20,000 nt of DNA from an uncultured virus (IMG/VR IMGVR_UViG_3300002122_000002). Taxonomy: Duplodnaviria > Heunggongvirae > Uroviricota > Caudoviricetes. The stretch lies in the IMG/VR virus record IMGVR_UViG_3300002122_000002; one strand, given 5' to 3'. The position numbers were made by a program, and so were the translations under genes. Below, in pieces: positions 16,301 through 20,000 of the stretch. Each line of letters opens with the position of its first letter. The stretch's first letter is position 1. The notes under the pieces were generated by a model. That model was not told where the DNA came from. It saw only the letters and a program-made list of their open reading frames with translations, and searched no databases.

Positions 16301-16777
16301 CCTTTGTAAGAAGTGAAATCTCGCGGACGAAGTTTACCTACGGTAAGTCTACTTCTGCATCCGGGATGATTGTTGATGGACGGAAGATCACCCGGTAGTG
16401 GTATAAATCAGTGTCGGCACTTTCGATTTGTTCGGCAAAGTAAGTCACGTTGTCAGATAGGCCTAGGAAGTGCTTCTTGAATGCGTTAGGTCCAGTCTGA
16501 CATGTTACAGATAACTCACCCACTGCATCGTAATTCCCTAATGAGCATGTACCTTCAATCACCAGAATGTAATCACCATTGATGCCATTATAAAACACAA
16601 TGCGTCTGGTAATCTGAAAGTTATCGGCAGCAAGCGATAGATTGCGAGACGCCACGTCCGCTGGCTGGGCACACCCTACAAGAAATGCTGTAAACAACGC
16701 TACTGCAATCAACATCTTCTTCATTCTATGTTCTCCTCTAGTTTAATCCGTCCGCGAGATTTCACTTCCTGCAAAAG
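16301..16777. repeat. Long-range inverted repeat bracketing the lipoprotein gene (arms 16301-16331 and 16747-16777)
   Basis: Perfect 20-bp core GAAGTGAAATCTCGCGGACG (16310-16329) / CGTCCGCGAGATTTCACTTC (16749-16768); 31 positions with 3 G-U and 1 mismatch in the minus-strand RNA. Confidence 0.95.
16338..16724 (-). CDS. Conserved phage lipoprotein (family often annotated as RDF-like/beta-sandwich lipoprotein)
   Basis: Signal peptide with lipobox LVGC; ADVASRNLSLAADNF..RRIVFYNGI..KKHFLGLSDNVTYFAEQ..YRVIFRP recalls a widespread phage family; GAGGAG SD. Confidence 0.8.
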   Translation of the reverse strand: MKKMLIAVALFTAFLVGCAQPADVASRNLSLAADNFQITRRIVFYNGINGDYILVIEGTCSLGNYDAVGELSVTCQTGPNAFKKHFLGLSDNVTYFAEQIESADTDLYHYRVIFRPSTIIPDAEVDLP

Positions 16778-16921
16778 TGTTTCTGGATCATCGTATGCCA
16801 TCTGTACATGTACAGGACATAACGGCATAAAGGGTAGGTTTTCTATTCCATGTAATGCCGTTGAGCGCCCCGGACAAGCTGCACACTTAGGCATAGTGAA
16901 GACTTCCTTCCCGTCAGACAC
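16721..16921 (-). CDS. Small zinc-finger-like protein
   Basis: CAAC...CPVH; overlaps the primase stop and the lipoprotein start. Confidence 0.65.
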   Translation of the reverse strand: MSDGKEVFTMPKCAACPGRSTALHGIENLPFMPLCPVHVQMAYDDPETLLQEVKSRGRIKLEENIE

Positions 16922-17780
16922 CGATTAACTCCCTTAATAGTTGATCTGATTTACCGGCCATGGCATAGTCGTTAGGGTCTTTAAATCCGTCAGGATAGGC
17001 AAGCAGTTTCACGTGCCCTCTCCAATCTAACCCAGCGGCAAGTTCATATGCCTGTGATTCCTCGCCTTTATCTGGAATTATCATTATTTTCTTCGAGTAT
17101 TTGTTTAACCACTTCGGATCGAAACTCTTGGCTCCACCTGTTGTAGTTAGGACTGGCAAACGTAATTCGGATAGCGTCAGTGCGTCTATCATACCAAACA
17201 CTATGTATAACGGCCCAGGGTCCCGCAAAGTCAAACTCCAATCTGGGCAATAAACCATTGATCTCTGTCCTGACGGTTGAGAAAAACGTATTCCTGTTAG
17301 CTTCTCCGCTTGCGGTCCAGACCGAATAATTATCCCAATTATCTCGTTGTCCTCCGATTTTACGGGCAAAACGAGCCAACCTTCGTGCCAACCAAGTTCG
17401 CATGGTTCTATTCTCCCTTCAATGCCGCGCGTCTCAGGATACCATCTAAACGACGCATTGCGGGTTAAGACTGAATGTGCTTTAGTCACAAACTCTACCT
17501 GCTCTTCCTCGGTCGTAGGCAGGTATGGGGGACGGCCAATTGGAATGTCCCGTCGGCCTCTCGCTGTAGTGCCGGGACTGGATAACTCCGCATACAGCTT
17601 GTAGTTTGGGCCGTGGGTTGCACATTCTCCCAAACACACCCACCAGCCATCCGGGTAAACAAGTAGGCTTGCCTCTCGATCGTCATGCCAGGGGCAATTG
17701 GTCAGCAAATACCCGGCACTCATCAAATCGGCGTTCTCGCCGAGTAGTTCTCGAATTTGCTCAAATGTTACTTTGCTCAC
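16914..17780 (-). CDS. DnaG-like primase (CHC2 zinc finger + TOPRIM), non-canonical active site
   Basis: CPWHDDREASL...WWVCLGEC zinc finger; IVFGMIDAL, IIPD, KDPND; probable GTG start at 17780. Confidence 0.8.
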   Translation of the reverse strand: MSKVTFEQIRELLGENADLMSAGYLLTNCPWHDDREASLLVYPDGWWVCLGECATHGPNYKLYAELSSPGTTARGRRDIPIGRPPYLPTTEEEQVEFVTKAHSVLTRNASFRWYPETRGIEGRIEPCELGWHEGWLVLPVKSEDNEIIGIIIRSGPQAEKLTGIRFSQPSGQRSMVYCPDWSLTLRDPGPLYIVFGMIDALTLSELRLPVLTTTGGAKSFDPKWLNKYSKKIMIIPDKGEESQAYELAAGLDWRGHVKLLAYPDGFKDPNDYAMAGKSDQLLRELIGV

Positions 17781-17950
17781 TAAGGACCCCAATTTTCAGA
17801 TTGAAACATAAGAGCGTTTTGTAAACGCTCTAAAGCTGCACTGCCCGGTGTTACAATTGATTCATCCATAAGCATACCAATTGCTTCTTCTAAAGCTTCT
17901 CTAGCTATGTTTCGTTCTTCAATAGCCGCTTCAGTACAGTTATCACACAT
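17780..17950 (-). CDS. Hypothetical 56-aa protein
   Basis: GGAG 6 nt before ATG 17950 (alternative ATG 17962); MCDNC...; stop overlaps the primase start. Confidence 0.55.
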   Translation of the reverse strand: MCDNCTEAAIEERNIAREALEEAIGMLMDESIVTPGSAALERLQNALMFQSENWGP

Positions 17951-17952
17951 GT

Positions 17953-18781
17953 TAGTCTCCATTGGGGAGCAGCCAAGCTCCCAATTTAGATTTCTACCCC
18001 AATAGGGGCGTCTGCTAATTCTCGTTGTAGCCAACCATCCGCGAAGGTACCACGAAATGCCACATTTCGCCCTTGCAGAATGTTCTGTAACTCGCCCAGC
18101 ACATTTTCGCTTGGCGTCAGAGAGTCAGCATCAAAGTCGTAGCCGGTGACAGTAAGGAAGTTGATTAGCTGATCGTACCAGAACTTGCGGTCCCATACGA
18201 TGTCAACCAATCCGGTCTGTGGGTTACGTTCGAACATGTAAACCAGAGGCCGCACGGCTTCCATACCGGCCAGTTCCGTTTCCTTGCCGATCTCTGTTGC
18301 TTCCACTCGCAGTATCGCATAGAACTCGGAGTGCGGAGGGTTAGTCCAAGATGCTCCAGTTGCCGGGATAGTAACCCGCTCTGCATCCTTATTCTTGATG
18401 GTTGGAGCTAATGCCTGTCCGGTTTCTGCGTCAACTCGGGCAGCAAATCTAGAGAAGCGTAGGAGAAAGGTTCCCTCCAGCGGTCTCACTGACTTGATGT
18501 TGTCTTCCTCTGCCGTTAGCTCGATGAACACATCGTTGATGGGTTTCAATATCCAGCTTCCAAACTCCCGCGTTACGTCTGCGGGGTCCAGACGGAAGAC
18601 TTCCTTAAAGCCTTCCTTGTCGAAAATTGTAACCTTTATTTCCTTCCAGTCTTCGGGCGTTACTGCTTCTACTGGAAGAGTTGCTATACTCCCGCGCCCG
18701 CGCGGTCCATACACCTTACGTTGTTTTGATCCTGTACCCATAGTTTTCTCCTATTGTTTGGCTGCTCCCGAACGGAGACTA
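17953..18781. repeat. Long-range inverted repeat bracketing the SSB-like gene (arms 17953-17976 and 18758-18781)
   Basis: TAGTCTCCATTGGGGAGCAGCCAA vs TTGGCTGCTCCCGAACGGAGACTA: 22/24 Watson-Crick, plus one G-U and one C.C in the minus-strand RNA. Confidence 0.92.
17986..18741 (-). CDS. Hypothetical replication-module protein, candidate ssDNA-binding protein
   Basis: AGGAG SD; position between helicase and primase genes; weak resemblance to DUF669-type SSBs (PLEGTF..., LQGRNVAF). The CDS is solid but the function is a guess. Confidence 0.45.
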   Translation of the reverse strand: MGTGSKQRKVYGPRGRGSIATLPVEAVTPEDWKEIKVTIFDKEGFKEVFRLDPADVTREFGSWILKPINDVFIELTAEEDNIKSVRPLEGTFLLRFSRFAARVDAETGQALAPTIKNKDAERVTIPATGASWTNPPHSEFYAILRVEATEIGKETELAGMEAVRPLVYMFERNPQTGLVDIVWDRKFWYDQLINFLTVTGYDFDADSLTPSENVLGELQNILQGRNVAFRGTFADGWLQRELADAPIGVEI

Positions 18782-18859
18782 GTCTCTTGACTTTACCTCA
18801 ATATAATTATATATAGACCAAATCAGAAAAAGCACTGAAACTAATAGTAAAATTGTCAT
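18779..18859 (-). CDS. 26-aa single-TM peptide; not in ORF track
   Basis: MTILLLVSVLFLIWSIYNYIEVKSRD*; TAAATG junction with the upstream gene, GAGGA SD 8 nt upstream. Confidence 0.6.
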   Translation of the reverse strand: MTILLLVSVLFLIWSIYNYIEVKSRD

Positions 18860-19357
18860 TTAGTTTTCCTCGTCTTCTGGTCCCCAGGGCGTTCTATCAC
18901 TCAAATCAGGACCGTTATCGTTTGGGGCTGAACTTGCATACCATCGAGTTGCTTCTTCTGCTCTCTCTTTCATCGACAGTTTATTCCATCTAGCTACTTC
19001 CTTATTGTGCTCTAGCCTATTGGTCTCCAGTATGTAGTTATGCTTATCTTTAGCGCAGGTTGGACAAGGTAGCCGATATATATCATCGTGTAAAATATGT
19101 GTATAATAATTTTTCCTAAAGTCTGGATCGCGCTCTTCCGCTTCCGTCCATTGCCAACGGTAAAAATCCTTACCACAGATAGGACAGACTAGAGGTTCAT
19201 CGTAGTGAATGTAATGGCCCGCCGAGTCTTTGATAGTAAGTCCTAGGTCCGAACGTATGGCTTTACTGTTCTTGCCGGGTCTCTGGAAAAATCTGTATAT
19301 CTGAATTACCCCATACCAGAATGCCGCCCATATTAATACGTTAGTCCAGAATTCCAT
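18860..19357 (-). CDS. Membrane-anchored zinc-ribbon protein
   Basis: N-terminal TM helix; CPIC...CPTC; AAGGAG SD. Confidence 0.7.
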   Translation of the reverse strand: MEFWTNVLIWAAFWYGVIQIYRFFQRPGKNSKAIRSDLGLTIKDSAGHYIHYDEPLVCPICGKDFYRWQWTEAEERDPDFRKNYYTHILHDDIYRLPCPTCAKDKHNYILETNRLEHNKEVARWNKLSMKERAEEATRWYASSAPNDNGPDLSDRTPWGPEDEEN

Positions 19358-20000
19358 TAATTATCTCTCCTTGTACTTGCATTTCTATTTGTTCCATATC
19401 TATTGTTGCACTCAAGATTTGACGCTTTTGATTAATCGTATAATCCATTGGCTCATCGAAAGTACCCACAGCCATGAGATAGTACGCAGTGACAGCATTC
19501 TTTTGTCCAATACGATCAAGGCGTCCCTCTGCTTGGAATTCCAAAGCAGGAGTCCACTGTCTCTCAACAAAGAGGATTGTATTGCTTTCAATGTCTCCAA
19601 TTCCAAATAAGTCAATACCCTCTCCGCCTGCTTTGTTAATAACTGCCACTCGCGGACGTAATCCTGTCTGGAAGCCGAATGTAAGGGCGTCTCGTCTCTC
19701 GGGCGAAAGTCTCCCATCAATAGAAAAGGAACCATATTCTGCCAACTCCCTCTTTAAGTAATCAACTACATCTAGATGATGAGCATACAGTACGATCTTA
19801 ACATTGGGTTCCGACTGCTCAAAGAAATCATGCACCCACTCTACCGCCACTTTAGCTTTCTCCCGCCCAATTATGTGCCACGCATCCATGATCTTAGTCA
19901 TGGCATTGGTTCGGTTAATCCCAATCAAAGCTTCTCTGTATTCCTCCGTCTTGATGTCCGCCGGAAGAAGAACCCTTTGTAGGGATGGTAATTCCTCCAG
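19341..20000 (-). CDS. SNF2/HARP-like helicase, C-terminal domain (5' truncated by the window)
   Basis: Frame open to 20000 (LEELPSLQR...); KIVLYAHH, IDG, AGGEGIDL, FVERQWTP, QAEGRLDRIGQ. Confidence 0.9.
   Translation of the reverse strand: MEELPSLQRVLLPADIKTEEYREALIGINRTNAMTKIMDAWHIIGREKAKVAVEWVHDFFEQSEPNVKIVLYAHHLDVVDYLKRELAEYGSFSIDGRLSPERRDALTFGFQTGLRPRVAVINKAGGEGIDLFGIGDIESNTILFVERQWTPALEFQAEGRLDRIGQKNAVTAYYLMAVGTFDEPMDYTINQKRQILSATIDMEQIEMQVQGEIINGILD

Larger units (their letters stand above)
1..20000. mobile_element. Tailed dsDNA phage genome segment: late tail/lysis arm (+) converging on replication arm (-)
   Basis: Dense, overlapping gene packing; tail-like proteins, endolysin, PolA/DnaB/primase/RecA/RuvC/Cas4-like cluster; no host housekeeping genes; convergent terminator at 5806-5842. 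Confidence 0.95.

Noticed and set aside
16338..16724. Recombination directionality factor function for the lipoprotein (tempting given the flanking inverted repeat)
   Set aside because: The clear signal peptide and lipobox indicate an exported lipoprotein, so it is unlikely to act on DNA
17811..17831. 9-bp hairpin AGAGCGTTT-TGT-AAACGCTCT upstream of the primase start
   Set aside because: Inside a coding region, 3-nt loop, no U-tract; function unsupported
5982..19982. Numerous + strand ORFs opposite the replication genes (and - strand ORFs opposite tail genes)
   Set aside because: Antisense shadows of well-supported genes, without recognisable motifs
1..20000. Stop-codon reassignment
   Set aside because: Genes are full length and tightly packed under the standard code, and TAA, TAG and TGA all end genes

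Overview
This is a 20-kb segment of a tailed dsDNA bacteriophage (or prophage) genome. The host is probably monoderm: there is a GH25-type endolysin and no spanin pair was seen. Two arms converge on a bidirectional intrinsic terminator at about 5.8 kb. The + strand (1-5788) holds the end of the virion module: tail-associated proteins with two paralogous fibre/adhesin-like genes, a BppU-like protein, an embedded DUF559/Vsr-like nuclease, the endolysin and two tiny membrane proteins. The - strand (20000-5860) is a DNA replication/recombination/nucleotide module: SNF2/HARP-like helicase, SSB-like protein, primase-like protein, lipoprotein, DnaB-like helicase, free-standing LAGLIDADG endonuclease, PolA, UDG-fold protein, HAD nucleotidase, dNTP diphosphohydrolase-like protein, RecA, Cas4-like nuclease, RuvC, two extra 3'-5' exonucleases and a holin-like protein. 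The most unusual signal is that single, strongly initiated genes are bracketed by long-range complementary arms. These are 31 bp around the lipoprotein gene, 24 bp around the SSB-like gene, and a weaker 16 bp around the holin-like gene. Most deviations from perfect pairing are G-U in the sense mRNA. In each case the 5' arm lies in the end of the preceding gene and the 3' arm covers the Shine-Dalgarno of the following gene, suggesting a repeated gene-looping RNA control architecture. Also notable: an AT-recoded 5' end of polA next to the homing endonuclease, and non-canonical catalytic motifs in the primase, helicase, PolA and UDG-like protein. All family assignments come from reading motifs by eye, not from database searches.
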